Assembly: GCF_009914755.1 (NCBI RefSeq)
Contig: NC_060928.1
Strand: one strand, 5' to 3'
From: the human T2T-CHM13v2.0 reference genome, Homo sapiens
DNA length: 64,000 nt
Shown here: piece after piece, positions 1 through 12,039 of the stretch
Numbering within the stretch: the first letter of the stretch is position 1
How the letters are laid out: the number at the start of each line of letters is the position of its first letter
Position numbers and translations under genes: made by a program
The notes under the pieces: generated by a model
The model's database searches: none
Told to the model about the DNA's origin: nothing
Seen by the model: the letters and a program-made list of their open reading frames with translations, nothing else

Positions 1-769
1 AAAAAGAGCTTCCGCCCAGGGATCAAGTGCTTCCATTGGTCAGTTAGTCTTAACCTTTCTGATAATTATATTACGTGCAACAACAAAGACACAAAAGGGG
101 ATAAATGTCTTAAGAGTTATATTGATAAACTATGTGTGGTGCCCAAAAATGGCATGGAATATCTTGTTTAAGCTGTAAAAATATATTAGCATGTCATGTT
201 ATCTTCATAAATTCTTCTCACACATAGGGTGGGTGGAGTTCCCAAATCCCAAGACACATTACCAATTCGGCTGGTCACGGCAATTCATCAATTTTTTTGT
301 CACATATTCGCAGACTCACAGTTGGGACTGAGGTATTATGATTCTGGAGGGTTTGATAATAGGTGAATTATTAGCTGTTGGGGACAGATTTGTTTCTGAG
401 CCTTTCTGTGGCAGTCTCTTATATAGGAAGGTAATCATTCTCATGGAATTTGCTTCCTCAGACTTAAAGAGATTTCGAATATAACTTGTAATGTTTTTCC
501 CAGTAAAATTTCATTAGTGGTTAATTATGACTGGTAGAGCTTTCCGGAAGTTCACCAAGAGTGTTGAGTTTAAACATGTCAAATTTTAAATGGGAGAGCC
601 CTCTGTATTCTTTGTCACCATGCTTACATACATTCTGCTATTTCTTTTTAGAAAGCAAAAATACCTGTAAAATTTATTTTTTCTTAGGCTGGACACAATT
701 TTACCTTTTGTTTTCTGAGCATTTATTTGGCACTCTCTGATTTTGGGTAAGAAAAAATTTATTCCAAGG

Positions 770-885
770 GATATATATAAAAAATATATAAATTTATACA
801 AATATAAATATTTGTATATATTATACATTTATATATTAAATATTATACATTTATATATTAAATATTATACATTTATATATTAAAA
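770..885. repeat. AT-rich low-complexity tract with a 22-bp tandem repeat (TATTATACATTTATATATTAAA x~3)
   Basis: Unit seen directly, repeated at ~819-884. Confidence 0.85.
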
Positions 886-972
886 TTTTCTTTGTGATTT
901 CTTATTTGACTTGGGTTTCTTAGAAGTTTGTTGCTTAACTTGCACGCATTTGAAGATTTTATACCTATCTTA
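886..972 (-). mobile_element. Old L1M ORF2 fragment
   Basis: TTTGTGATTTCTTATTTGAC...TTAGAAGTTTGTTGCTTAA resembles antisense L1 ORF2 (recalled consensus). Confidence 0.5.
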
Positions 973-974
973 AA

Positions 975-1115
975 TTTTTTTTTAAATTATTTATTTATTT
1001 TAGAGAAGTCTTGGTGTGTTGCCTGGGCTGAACTCAAACTTGTGGGCTGAAGCGATCCTCCCACCCCAGCCTCTCAAGTAGCTGGGGCTACTGGCAAGAG
1101 CTACCACACCTGGCC
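975..1115 (-). mobile_element. FLAM (Alu monomer)
   Basis: T-rich tail, then a single Alu arm (AAGCGATCCTCCCACCCCAGCC...CACACCTGGCC). Confidence 0.85.
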
Positions 1116-2297
1116 AGCCAAGGAATATTTAAACAGCATCTAACTTTGATAAATATGCAAGAAGTTAAATGCTTTTTATGGCTGTTACAAATCAGGCCAG
1201 GCAAAACCAAAGGTGTGCTCAAGTCTGGTCATCTTATCTAGAAGCTTCTGAAAGAAGCCAGGTCATATCAAAGGCAGATAAAACAATAAATTTCTCTTCC
1301 AAAAGTGCACATTTATGGGAAACAGAAAGAAGAGGAAACACAAAAGAACGCAATAAACTCAATATATTTTTTCTCAGTATGTTTCAAGTGTCTATTTTAG
1401 AAAGTTATCTTCCTATTTAGATACCAACTTTATTTCACACATTGTCATCAACTTCAAAATTATCTTGATAATTAACATTTTATAAATTGCTTGTATATTT
1501 TTCAGTGAGGTGGGGGAGGATATGCAAATAAAAGAGGTTTTCCAAAAAGTCAATACAATATATAGTTACGTTGGAATAATTGAACCTACCTGGGAATATA
1601 ATGTTGTCAGACTTCTGTGCTGCTTTACTGCAGACTAGGTTTATCTGAAAACTGCAGCTAAAATTTCCTGACTGGAGGATAAAAAAGGAGAAAGGACAAA
1701 ATTTAAAGTTGGAGAAATGGTCACCTTGGCCATGGAACTCTGGCAGTTACATCTACTGCAAACGGTCCAAAATACTAGAGTCAACTTCAAACCTTGTTAA
1801 AGAGTTTTACATGGGTGAGAGGTATCTCTGTTTCGATAAAGAATTACATGGCTGAATGATCTGGAATAAGGTAATGGCCTAAATGGTATTTGGTTATATG
1901 CAGTCAAGGATTTGTAATTGAAATGAGGTATGAGTAAGAGATGATTTCTGTTAAGTTATTTCAAGCTCTTCTGTCAGCCCTATCCCATGCCATCTTAGAG
2001 AACCCTTGGTTTAGGACAGACTCAGTCCTGGATTTTCTTATTTAAAGTGCACTGCGGAGGATACAAAGGAAATCTAAGTCATAGGCTCTATATTCTAGAA
2101 ATGTATACGCTATTTTGGGAAAGCAGCACTCACTCATAGGAGAAGATGGAGGGGAACAGCAATGAGGGCTTGAGCTGCTATGAAATAATAGAACTTGGAT
2201 AGGCACTGAACAGGGAGGATGACAATCTAGGCATATGCTGGGGTGACCAAGCTGAACAGGAGCTAGCTGAGGAATTAGACATTCTCCCTCTTACCTA

Positions 2298-2577
2298 TTT
2301 GTTTAACTCAGCCATTCACTCAACACATGTTTATTGGGTATCCACCATGGATCAGGTGCCTTGCTACGGATGGTAGTGCAGAAGGCAATGAACATTGTTG
2401 CCCTCATGAAGTTTAAGATCTAGCAGGCAGCAGGCACCAAATGTGAAAACAAACGTATGTATTTAACAAGAAGCTGCAATAAGTAGTAGAAAAGAAAAAC
2501 AAGACGCCATGAGAAACACTACAGGTCGAGGAAAACAGGTCTGAAGAAAAGACATTTAAGCAGAGACTCAAAGGATA
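2298..2577 (-). mobile_element. L2 3' end
   Basis: CATTCACTCAACACATGTTTATTG...GCCCTCATGAAGTTTA, typical antisense L2 tail. Confidence 0.65.
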
Positions 2578-2579
2578 CA

Positions 2580-3397
2580 CAGATTGAGCATCTCTTATCT
2601 GAAATGCTTGGGACCAGAGTGTTTCAGACTTTGGATTTTTTTTTTTGAATTTTGGAATATTTGCATATACATAATAAAATATCTTGGGAATGGGAACCAA
2701 GTCTAAACATGAAATTCACTTATGTTTCATTTTATACACATAACCTGAAAGTAATTTTATATAATGTTTGTATTCTTTTGTACATGAAACAAAGTTTTGA
2801 TTGTATTTTGATTGCAACCCATCATACGAGGTCAGGTGTGAAATTTTCTTTTTTTTTCGTTTTATTTTTATTATGATACTTTAAGTTTTAGGATACATGT
2901 GCACAACGGGCAGGTTTGTTACATATGTATACATGTGCCATGTTGGCGTGCTGCACCCATTAACTCGTCATTTAGCATTAGGTATATCTCCTAATGCTAT
3001 CCCTCCCCCCTCCCTCCACCCCACAACAGTCCCCGGTGTGTGATGTTCCCCTTCCTGTGTCCATGTGTTCTCATTGTTCAATTCCCACCTATGAGTGAGA
3101 ACATGCGGTGTTTGGTTTTTTGTCCTTGTGATAGTTTGCTGAGAATGATGGTTTCCAGCTTCATCCATGTCCCTACAAAGGACATGAACTCATCATTTTT
3201 TATGGCTGCATAGTATTCCATGGTGTATATGTGCCACATTTTCTTAATCCAGTCTATCATTGTTGGACATTTGGGTTGGTTCCAAGTCTTTGCTATTGTG
3301 AATAGTGCCGCAATACACATATGTGTGCATGTGTCTTTATAGCAGCATGATTTATAATCCTTTGGGTATAGTCAGGTGTGAAATTTTCTACTTGAGG
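2580..3397 (+). mobile_element. Tigger4b/MER46-type DNA transposon, interrupted by L1PA and lacking its right end
   Basis: Starts CAGATTGAGCATCTCTTATCTGAAATGCTTGGGACCAGA; resumes after the L1 as GTCAGGTGTGAAATTTTCTACTTG. Confidence 0.8.
2850..3370 (-). mobile_element. 5'-truncated L1PA (L1PA3-like) 3' end
   Basis: ORF2 C-terminus (3078-3320: ...WMKLETIILSKLSQGQKTKHRMFSLIGGN), 3'UTR and poly-T; perfect 19-bp TSD GTCAGGTGTGAAATTTTCT at 2831-2849 and 3371-3389. Confidence 0.95.
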
Positions 3398-3399
3398 TG

Positions 3400-3571
3400 G
3401 ACCTCATGGATCTCACTTTGCTTCCTTCTGCTCTCCTGCTGGGCTTCTACTGGCTGAAGCCAACTAGAAGTCAAAAGGTGATGTATTCCACGCATGTTGG
3501 CCTCTCAGTGTGGAGATTAGGGTCTGCAAGGTGGAGCGGTGATCTTGGGGAAAAGGGAAGATGTCCCCCAC
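3400..3571 (-). mobile_element. LTR33-like ERVL LTR 5' fragment
   Basis: CTCCTGCTGG...GCCAACTAGAAGTCA...GGTGGAGCGGTGATCTTGGGGAAAAGGGAAGATGTCCCCACA resembles the reverse complement of the LTR33 start. Confidence 0.6.
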
Positions 3572-4061
3572 AAAAAGTCTACACAAAACACCTATTATGG
3601 GTGAAGCTTAGTTGTAGGGTATGCAAGAGAATTGTTAGCCTTGTGAAAAGATTTATGAAGCTTTCTTCAGTTTTAAATCCCTCTGTGGTGTGGTGTGAGC
3701 TATTAGAATAAAAATTACTGCTGCCTGGATACTATTAAATAGACTTTTCTCCTGAGATTTCTCCGGCTTAGGAATTCAGACTTTTCTTCATGGGCTTCAT
3801 TTTCTCCTCTCTGTCTACTATGATGCTATTGAAATCATGCATGTATGGCAGTGTCCTGGAGAGTGCAACTGGCCAGAAACTTCTCATACCTGAGCAAAGT
3901 GCTGTCAGAGTCACTCAGGCACCTATGCACATTCTTATAGTGACACGTTTCCTCCTGACAATTGCTCTGCTCTTTCTTAGGGTGGCTTTGTAATTTTTTT
4001 TCTCAGCAAGGCCATGGGTGTTGAAATAAAGGAAGGCAGAAATTGAAATGTGTCGATAATA

Positions 4062-4538
4062 CAGTCATCCCTTGGTACCCAGGGGAGATTGATTCCAAGA
4101 ATCCCTCAGATACCAAACTCTGTGGATGCTCAAGTCCCTTCCCTTTTATAAGATGGCACAGTATTTGCATAGAACCTGTGCAATAAATAGGATTTGCATA
4201 GAACCTGTGCAAATACTAGGCCATCTTATTTATGAGTTTGGTATCTGAGGGGTTCCTGGAATCAATCAGATTGATTGATTATTCATTCTCCCATGTACTT
4301 TAGATCATCTCTAGATTACTTGCAATACCTAATACAACGGAAATGGTATGTAAATAGTTGTTATATTGTATTGTTTAGGGAATAAAGACAAGAAAAAAAA
4401 TCTGTGCACGTTCAGTACAAACACAATAATCAGTATCTCCCCGCCCCCAACCCCCCAGAATCTTTGAACTGTGGTTGGTTGAATCTGTAGTTGGCTGAAT
4501 CCACAGATGCAGAACCCATGCACATGGAGGGCCAATTG
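4062..4538 (+). mobile_element. MER2 (Tigger family) with internal rearrangement
   Basis: TA-flanked TIRs CAGTCATCCCTTGGTA / TGGAGGGCCAATTG; core GGATGCTCAAGTCCCTT and ATCATCTCTAGATTACTT. Confidence 0.9.
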
Positions 4539-4849
4539 TACTAGCTGACATTTGAGCAGTGGGATTCCTGTGTCAGACAAAGGAATAACGGTATTTAACA
4601 AATAGCCCCAATTCCCCTTTCCATCTTAGTTTCAGATTCTGCAGGAAAAAGACAGCTCTGAAAATTTATGAGCCATAACTTGCTCTCCATTACTTTGTCA
4701 CCCGGTAAGCAATGAGCACCCAAGCCTAGGGGTCACCTGCAGGACTAGAAACCTTTGTAATTTCACAGGGGGAAGTTCATTGGCTGTGGGAGGAGTGATG
4801 AGGTGCTGAGAGGCCACTCAGTCAACAGCAAGCCTGCTGAATAGTTTTA

Positions 4850-5060
4850 TTAATAATAAGAGTATACATGTGTACAGAGCTCTGTAGTTATAAAATTTTC
4901 CCCAAATGTGAGAATCTCAGTTAATTCTTATGGTAGCGCTGTGAGTCAGGCAGGGCAAGAAGGACTAACTCCCATCTCAGATGAGAAATTGAGCCTCAGA
5001 GGCAAACTGACCTGCCAGCCTCCTATGGCTGGGAAATGACAGAGCTATAGGAAACCAATT
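4850..5060 (-). mobile_element. MIR
   Basis: Core CCCATCTCAGATGAGAAATTGAGCCTCAGAG. Confidence 0.7.
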
Positions 5061-5157
5061 CCTTTTTTTTTCTTCCTTCCTTCCTTCCTTCCTTCCTTCC
5101 TTCCTTCCTTCCTCCCTCCTTTTCTTTTCTTTTCCTTTTTTTCTTTCTTTTCTTTTC
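5061..5157. repeat. (TTCC)n / pyrimidine-rich simple repeat
   Basis: Seen directly. Confidence 0.95.
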
Positions 5158-5426
5158 AATCATAAAAATTTCCAATGAAAGATTTCAAAGCAGAGAACAT
5201 CTAGGCCTCTTATTGTTCTCAGATAATTTGAGGATGTAGGGGTAACACTTTCTTTCACTGAGTTTTGTTTATAAGATTGTCGAATGAGAGAAGAACTGTA
5301 GCATTGGAAATAAGGTAATGCTCTGTTTGAATTGTTGTTTAGATGCCCCTTCTCTTGTTTTCCCCTTTTCAGAATACTGGTAGCAGAACTGGAAGCTATT
5401 CAAGGACAGCACAAATGCTTACTCAT

Positions 5427-5495
5427 CTTTTTATTTGTATAGATTTAGGGGTACACGTGCAGTTTTGTTACATGGATATATTGCATAGTGATAAT
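5427..5495 (-). mobile_element. Short L1PB/L1MA 3'-end fragment
   Basis: GATTTAGGGGTACACGTGCAGTTTTGTTACATGGATATATTGCATAGTG. Confidence 0.7.
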
Positions 5496-5559
5496 ATTTG
5501 TACTTTTATTGAGAGAGGAGTTATATAATCTGACTTGCAGTCTTCAAAAGGCTCCTTTA

Positions 5560-5850
5560 GGCTGGGCACAGTGGCTCACGCCTGTAATCCCAACATTTTG
5601 GGAGGCTGAGACAAAAGTATCTCTTGAGACCAGGGTTTTGAGACCAGTGTGGGCAACAAAGCAAGATGCTGTCTCTAAAAAAAATTAAAAAATTAGCCAG
5701 GCATGGGGCAGCATGCCTGTGCCCAGCTACTTGGAAAGCTGAGGTAGGAGGATGACGTGAGCCCAGGAATTCAAGGTTACAGTGAGCTACAACTGCATCC
5801 CTGCACTTGTAGGACTGAGCGAGGCCCTGTCTGTAAAAAATTTTTTAAAA
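5560..5850 (+). mobile_element. AluJ
   Basis: Dimeric Alu; degenerate TSD AAAAGGCTCCTTT / AAAAGGATCCTTT. Confidence 0.92.
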
Positions 5851-6234
5851 AGGATCCTTTGGTCATTATGTTAAGCACAGATACTGAACTCGGATGGAAG
5901 CAGAAAAGTGCAACTAAAAGGCTCTTGCAACAATCTAAGTGAGAGATGATGATGTTGGCTGGATGGCTTGGACAGAAATGGTAGCAGAGGAGGGGATAAG
6001 GAGTATTAAGACTTGGATATAGTTTGAAAGCACAGCCAATGGAATTTCCTGACAGTTTCAATGTGAGTTGTAAGAACAAGAGAGGAGGCAAGGATGAATA
6101 TAAGTGTTTTGGCCCAAGCCACTGCAAGGGAGGAGGCTTGATCAATGATTATGGGGGGAGGATGGAGGTGAAACAAATTTAAAGGAAAGACAGAGTTCAA
6201 TTTTGGAAATGTTGAGCTTAAGGTGCTGCACATT

Positions 6235-6833
6235 TGTATCAGTTGATTTTTTCTTCTGTACAACAAATTAACAGAAATGTAGTGGCTTAAAACAACATTC
6301 ACTTATGAACTCAGTTTTTTAGGTCAGAAGCCAGGCAGTGCACAGCTGGATTCTCTGCTCAGGGTTTCATAAAGCTGAAATCAAGATGCTGCAGGCTGAG
6401 TTCTTGTCTGGAGGCCTTAGGGAATGATCCATTTCTGGGCTCATCCAAGTTGTTGGGAGAATAGAGTTTCTTTTGGTTGTAGGACTGAGGTCTCTGTTTT
6501 CTTGCTGGCTGTCAGGGTGGGAGCTGCTCTCAGCAATGGAGGTCACTTTGGGTTCTTGCTCCATGACGCCCTCCATCTTCACCAGTGGAAAATTTCCCTC
6601 CTGTTGAATTCCTCTCCTGCTTTAACTCTCTGATTTTCTTTTCCGAGGTCAGTGGAAGAAAACTCAATTTTTAAAGGGCTCATGTGATTAGACTAGGCCC
6701 ACATGAATATCTTCATTTCTTAAATACAATGAAACATAACAACTACGGGAGTGAGACCCATCATATTTACAATCTTAGGGATTTCCCAGAGCCAGAAACC
6801 TTGCGGGACCATCTTGGAATGCTGACTACCACA
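6235..6833 (-). mobile_element. MLT1E-type MaLR solo LTR
   Basis: TGTATCAGTT...AGTGGCTTAAAACAACA...GGTTGTAGGACTGAGGTC...CTACCACA. Confidence 0.8.
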
Positions 6834-7045
6834 GCATCCAAGTAAGGATGTCGAATAGACAATTGGATATTCACATTTAGAGTTCAGGAGAGAGAGAAAG
6901 CTTGAGAGTATTGGGGTATAGATGGATTTAAAACAGTAAGACTGAGCTCACTAAGAATCAATGTAGATGGAAAAAAGAAGTTCAGGGACTGAACTTCAGG
7001 GAGTGTCAGCATTAAGAGATCAGGGAAAAGAGGAAGCCAAGTTTC

Positions 7046-7083
7046 ACACACAGACACACACACACATGCACACACACACACAC
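7046..7083. repeat. Imperfect (CA)n
   Basis: Seen directly. Confidence 0.9.
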
Positions 7084-7801
7084 GAATATCAAATGTTATC
7101 AGTTTGATCAATTGTGTCAAACTGATTAATTCAACCCATTAATTCTGCTGATGGATCAAGTAACATAAGGACAAAAATTTGATTTTTAGATTTAGCAACA
7201 TGGAGGACTTTGATGACCTTTATGAGAATGGTTTTTTATGGAGAGGAGAGAGTTAGTTGTCAGAGTGCCATGAGGGAGAATGCAAGGAAGCTAATTGGAA
7301 CCAGTGACTTTAGCCTATTGCTTTAGAGGGTTTGCCGTGAAGGGCACAGGGTGATGATAATAGCTTGGGGAAGGGGAAGTGGGGTCAAAGATGGGATGAA
7401 AGGTGGGGTTAAAGATGGGATAACTAACATGTTTGTATGTTGAAGGGCGTGGTTAGTTAGAGAGGAAAAAATGGTGATGAAGCAGAGAGAGGTGAGAATT
7501 GCCACTGTGGCATATAGAAGGTGAATGAGCAAGGATCAAGTGAACAAATGGATGGATCAGCTCTGGATAGAAAGAAGGATGTAGTGCCCATTTACAGCAA
7601 TGGGTGGGAAGACATAGTATTTGGGTACAGATTGGGTCACGGCCTACAGATATGTAGTTTGTGTTCTGCTCAGGGTTTTCTGCCTGAGGGAAGAGTGGAA
7701 GCTGAAATTCAGTAAAGCTGTGTGTTCTTCGTGTGGGGCTGAATCTACCCAGTGGAAGGGACATAGATGTATCCTTTGGGGTTACAGATGCTCCTAGGCG
7801 G

Positions 7802-8169
7802 TGTTGTGGGCTGAATCGTGTTCCCCTCCTTCAAATTCCTATTTTAAAGTCTTCACTCCTAATATCTCAGAACTGTATTTGGAGGACTTTAAAGAAGCAA
7901 TTAAGGTAAAATGAGGTCATAAGTGTGAGGCCCTTATTCAATGTGACGGATATCCTTATAAGACGAGGAGAAAACAGACACCAGGGATGCAGGCATACAG
8001 TGACAAGATGTCCATCTGTATGCCAGGGAGACAGGCCTCAGAAGAAACAGCCCTTCCAACACCTTGATCTCGGACTTGTAACCTGCAGAACTGTGAAAGA
8101 ATAAATTTCTGTTGTTTAAGCCACCCAGTCTGTGGTGCTTTGCTATGGCAGCCCGAGCAAACTAATATA
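7802..8169 (+). mobile_element. MLT1B-type MaLR solo LTR
   Basis: TGTTGTGGGCTGAAT...AATAAATTTCTGTTGTTTAAGCCACCCAGTCTGTGG...CTAATATA; 5-bp TSD GGCGG/GGAGG. Confidence 0.88.
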
Positions 8170-9013
8170 GGAGGGTAGATGTGATAATGGAAGTCCATGA
8201 GAGTTCTTTCGGATTATTTCCACTTTCTCAGATATAATCTTTAAAATGCAACCATGGAGATGTTGTTGCTACAACATCTCTGCTCAGAACTTGACTCACT
8301 CCCTTGGCAAAAGTGCTGTGATCTGCCAATATTGTGTTGATTCTTACTTGGTAAATAATGTCAAATAGCATCAAAAGCTCAATATGAAGATATGGCATAT
8401 AAGGTATGAATGCTTTGTAATTGTATTCTGTCCTGAATCCCACTAAAGCATAGCCTATTGAACTGTGAGTACTATATTAATTCTTCAGCTTTACTATGTT
8501 GAAGTCTAAGTAAATGAGAATACCATTTAAACCACTTAATATTCAAGTACACATTAAATCTGAGACAGTGAGTGTGTCTAAAAGTATCTTCAATGACTTA
8601 TCTTAGTCATAAAAATCATGTGTTTTATTGATATGGTTACACTATTAAGATATTCTAGCACCTTTCCTGTATCTGTAATACATTAAAGGCTTTTCTTCTG
8701 AAAGTCTTTAAGTTTTCTAAATAGGTATAATTTACAAATATTTATACTCACTTTTGATTAAATTACTTTAAGCAAAAATAAAGCAAGTTAACACATGAGT
8801 AGAGGTGAGAGTTATAACAATTAACTTCTAATTTTTATTTAATAATTCTAAATTTCTGATTATAAGAACCTCAACATTGCCAGGAATATTATATATTTAA
8901 ATTGGAAAAACATCACTAGAACAAATACATTTTTAAGAAAATTCAATGCCGTCACAGGCTGGCTCCTTCCTTCCCACTTGTGATGTTCTCCTCTGTAACT
9001 TCTCCCCTTTAAC

Positions 9014-9473
9014 TGTATTAGACAGGATTCTCCGGAGAAACAGAAGCAATAGGATATATGCAGACATATAGAAAGATATTTATTATGACACGTTGGCTCA
9101 CACAATTATAGATGCCAAGAAGTCTCAGAGTAGCTGTCAGCAAGCCCAACAAAGCCAGTGGTGTAGTTCTAGCCCAAGCCTGAAGACCTGAAAACCAGCA
9201 GTTCCAATGTCTGAGGGTAGGAGAAGACAGTTGTTCCAGCTCAAGCAGACACAGTGAATTCATCCTTCCTCTGCCTTTCTGTTCTATCTGGGCCCTCAAT
9301 GGATTGGACGTTGCCGCCCGTATTGATGAGGGCAGATCTTCTTTACTCAGTCAACAGATTCAAACACGACATTTTTCAAGAAACACTCTCACAAACACAC
9401 CCAGAAATAATGTTTCACCAGGTATCTGTATCATCTTAAGTGTGCTTAAGTTGATACAGAATTAGCTATCATA
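9014..9473 (-). mobile_element. MLT2-family (HERVL) solo LTR
   Basis: TGTATTAGACAGGATTCTCCGGAGAAACAGAA...GGGCAGATCTTCTTTACTCAGTC...CACCCAGAAATAATGTTT. Confidence 0.85.
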
Positions 9474-9789
9474 TCACCTATCCCAAACTCCCAAGTTCTT
9501 TAAGATCCTTCTCAAATCCCACTGCTCAATAAAGCTGACCTGAGAACTCCAGCCTGCATCAAACTCTGCTTCCTAAGCAGACACACACCTATTAGCTGTA
9601 TCATTAATTTACACACAATTGTTTAGAACTGATTACATGCAGCTTCACACAGTACTACATATAGTTATTTAATTTTTAGCGCATGCAATTATCTCTCCCA
9701 TTAGTTTCTGAGATGTCTAAAGGCAGGCAGGTCACACTTTCTGTTCTGAGTGCACATTAGCTATATATTTTGTTGAACAAATTATTATT

Positions 9790-10420
9790 TTTTCATTTAT
9801 TCAACCACCACTTACTTGGTACTCACTATAAGCCAGGGACTGTGCTAAGTTCTTGGCATGCAAGGATTCTTCTGTTATTTATTAATTCAATCCATTTGTA
9901 TGTACCAGGTGCCTGAGATACAGGCATAAAGTAAATCAAATCTCTGGTTTCATGGGCCTTACATTTTAGTAGGGGGACAGATAATAAAGAAATGCAGACA
10001 TATATTTTATCAAGTAATGATAAGGGCTGTGAAGAAAATGAAACAAAGTGATAGAGGGTGGAAAAATGGGAGGGTGAGGATGTTTTAAAGAAGATGGTCA
10101 GGAAAGGTCTCTGAGGAGATGGCATTGGAGTGGAGACCCAAGTGAAGTGAGAGAGAGAGAGACAAGCAAATCCCCGAGGGGAGAAAGTTTCTGGCAGAGG
10201 GAACGGCAAGTGCCTGAGACGAGAGTGCCCTCGGCATGTCCCAGGCGTAGCAGGTTGGCGAACTGCAGCTAGAAGGCCTTGAGTGACAGGGAGAGCTCCC
10301 TGGAATCAAGGTCAGAGAGAGAGGCAGAACCAGTCCACAGCAGACTTTAAAGGGTTTAACTTTATGCGTGATGGGAAGACATTGGGGGGTTCAGAGTAGG
10401 GGACTGATGTGGTATAATGT
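9790..10420 (-). mobile_element. L2a 3' region (probably two adjacent tails)
   Basis: CATTTATTCAAC...CCAGGGACTGTGCTAAG; GGTCAGGAAAGGTCTCTGAGGAGATGGCATTGGAG. Confidence 0.75.
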
Positions 10421-11104
10421 GTGATACGTGAGACCAGTGAAAAAGACCCTGTAGCTGCACAAAAGAGACTTCAAATTTATTATCGAAAGTTCTACTACAC
10501 AAACATTCATAGACATTTATATAAAACTATGAAATTGTAAAAAAGGAATCTACCAGAAATAAAAATAATCTGCTCTGTGTATGGTCTGTACAGAGTGCAT
10601 ATATAGGTGGGTAATTGTAGGAAATGGAAAATAGCAAATTAAAATGGAAGATTATAGCCTCAAAAGTTACAAAGGTAAGAAATATAGCATTTAGGAACTG
10701 AACACTCAAATCAAAGAAATGCAATTTATTTATCTGAGAAATAAAAGGTGTGGCTAAATTGAGATTTTGCTTTTATATTTTAATGTCTCAAGGTATAAAG
10801 ATATGATTTAAACACTCTCTTTAGGAATATAAATTACTGTTAATTGAATTGTAGGTCCCGAACAATGTTTAGTGAATATTTACAGTGAACATTTTCCTCA
10901 CACTGGGGCATAGTGACTATCTGGTAAGTTGGCTTGAAGAGCTGTGAGGTAGACACAATATGGTCTTAAGGTATTAACTAATCCAAGCTCCTTTTTCTGT
11001 TCACAGATGACCTCTTAATGCTGTACATAAGAGATTTGGGTTGTAATATTAATTTTGTTGTTAGTGTGATAGGTGACTTGTAGCAAGACAAAATAAGGAA
11101 GGTC

Positions 11105-11170
11105 ATCGCTAATGTCTATTGAGTGCTTACCCTGTGCCAGCGACTATGTGAGCTCTGTGCCTTACATTGC
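11105..11170 (-). mobile_element. MIR fragment
   Basis: GCTAATGTCTATTGAGTGCTTACCCTGTGCCAG. Confidence 0.55.
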
Positions 11171-11209
11171 TGTTTTAAGGGCTTCACTAATGGCTTTCTT
11201 TACCAGAAT

Positions 11210-11673
11210 TCTTTTTGTTATTTATTTTTATTGTCAAATTATAATTATACATATTCTTATGAGGTACAAAGTGATGTAATGATATATGTATACAGTGTGG
11301 AATGACGGAATCAAACAATTAACATACCCAGCACCTGAAATACTTATCATTTGTTTCTCCTGTCTAAATGCAATTTTGTACCCTTTGACCCACATCTCCC
11401 CATTCTTCCCAGGCTCCCAGGCTCTAGTAACTTCCATTCTACTCTTTGCTTCTATAAATTTGATTGTCTCATATAAGTGAAAACATGGGCTATTTGTCTT
11501 TCTGTGCCTGGCTTATGTCACTTAGCATAACGTCCTCCAGGTTCGTCCATGTTGTTGCAAATGACAGGATTTCCTTCTTTCTTAAGGCTGAATAGCATCC
11601 TATTGTGTAGATATACCACATTTTCTTTATCCATTCTTCCATTGATGGGCACTTAGATGGATAGCATAACTTG
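11210..11673 (-). mobile_element. L1MA 3' end (internally deleted)
   Basis: ORF2 C-terminal remnant (KCPSMEEWIKKMWYIYT...LSFATTWTNLEDVMLSDISQAQKDK) plus L1MA-type 3'UTR. Confidence 0.88.
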
Positions 11674-12039
11674 TTGTTGCCAGAGTTCTGAACCAAATGA
11701 GAGGGATTCTCGGTCAGATGGGGAATCAACATGTCACTTTTATGATGAATGAAGCTAATATCAGACAATGTGGCAACAACAGGCTTCCAAATGCTGAATC
11801 CTGGTATTACACAGATTTCTGCATGTAGTCTCAGGCCATGCTGGTCAAAAGTGGGATTTTCCATATGAAGGATGATCTAAGAGGAGCAGGAAAGGGCAGA
11901 TTCTGTGGGCAGCCGCTCTTAGGAGAGAGGGAGAGAATGGAGCTGGGCTATAGGACCCTGCTTCATCTTTCAGAGTCACTAGTCAGGGATATTTAAGGCC
12001 ACTGAATGGGGAAAAACCCTTTTCCATGGTAATGGTTAT

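Larger units (their letters stand above)
5510..7650 (-). mobile_element. L2, interrupted by AluJ, MLT1E and (CA)n
   Basis: Antisense L2 motifs (GTGAGAGATGATG...GCTTGGAC; GAGTTCAATTTTGGAAATGTTGAG; GATTTAGCAACATGGAGG) are collinear across the insertions. Confidence 0.75.

Noticed and set aside
1-600. Promoter-like motifs (CCGCCC, ATTGG, GT-box, CCGGAAGT)
   Set aside because: The motifs are scattered in AT-rich DNA with no CpG island or identifiable downstream exon
4977-5159. Lys/Arg/Glu-rich 60-aa ORF
   Set aside because: It is the translation of the (TTCC)n simple repeat
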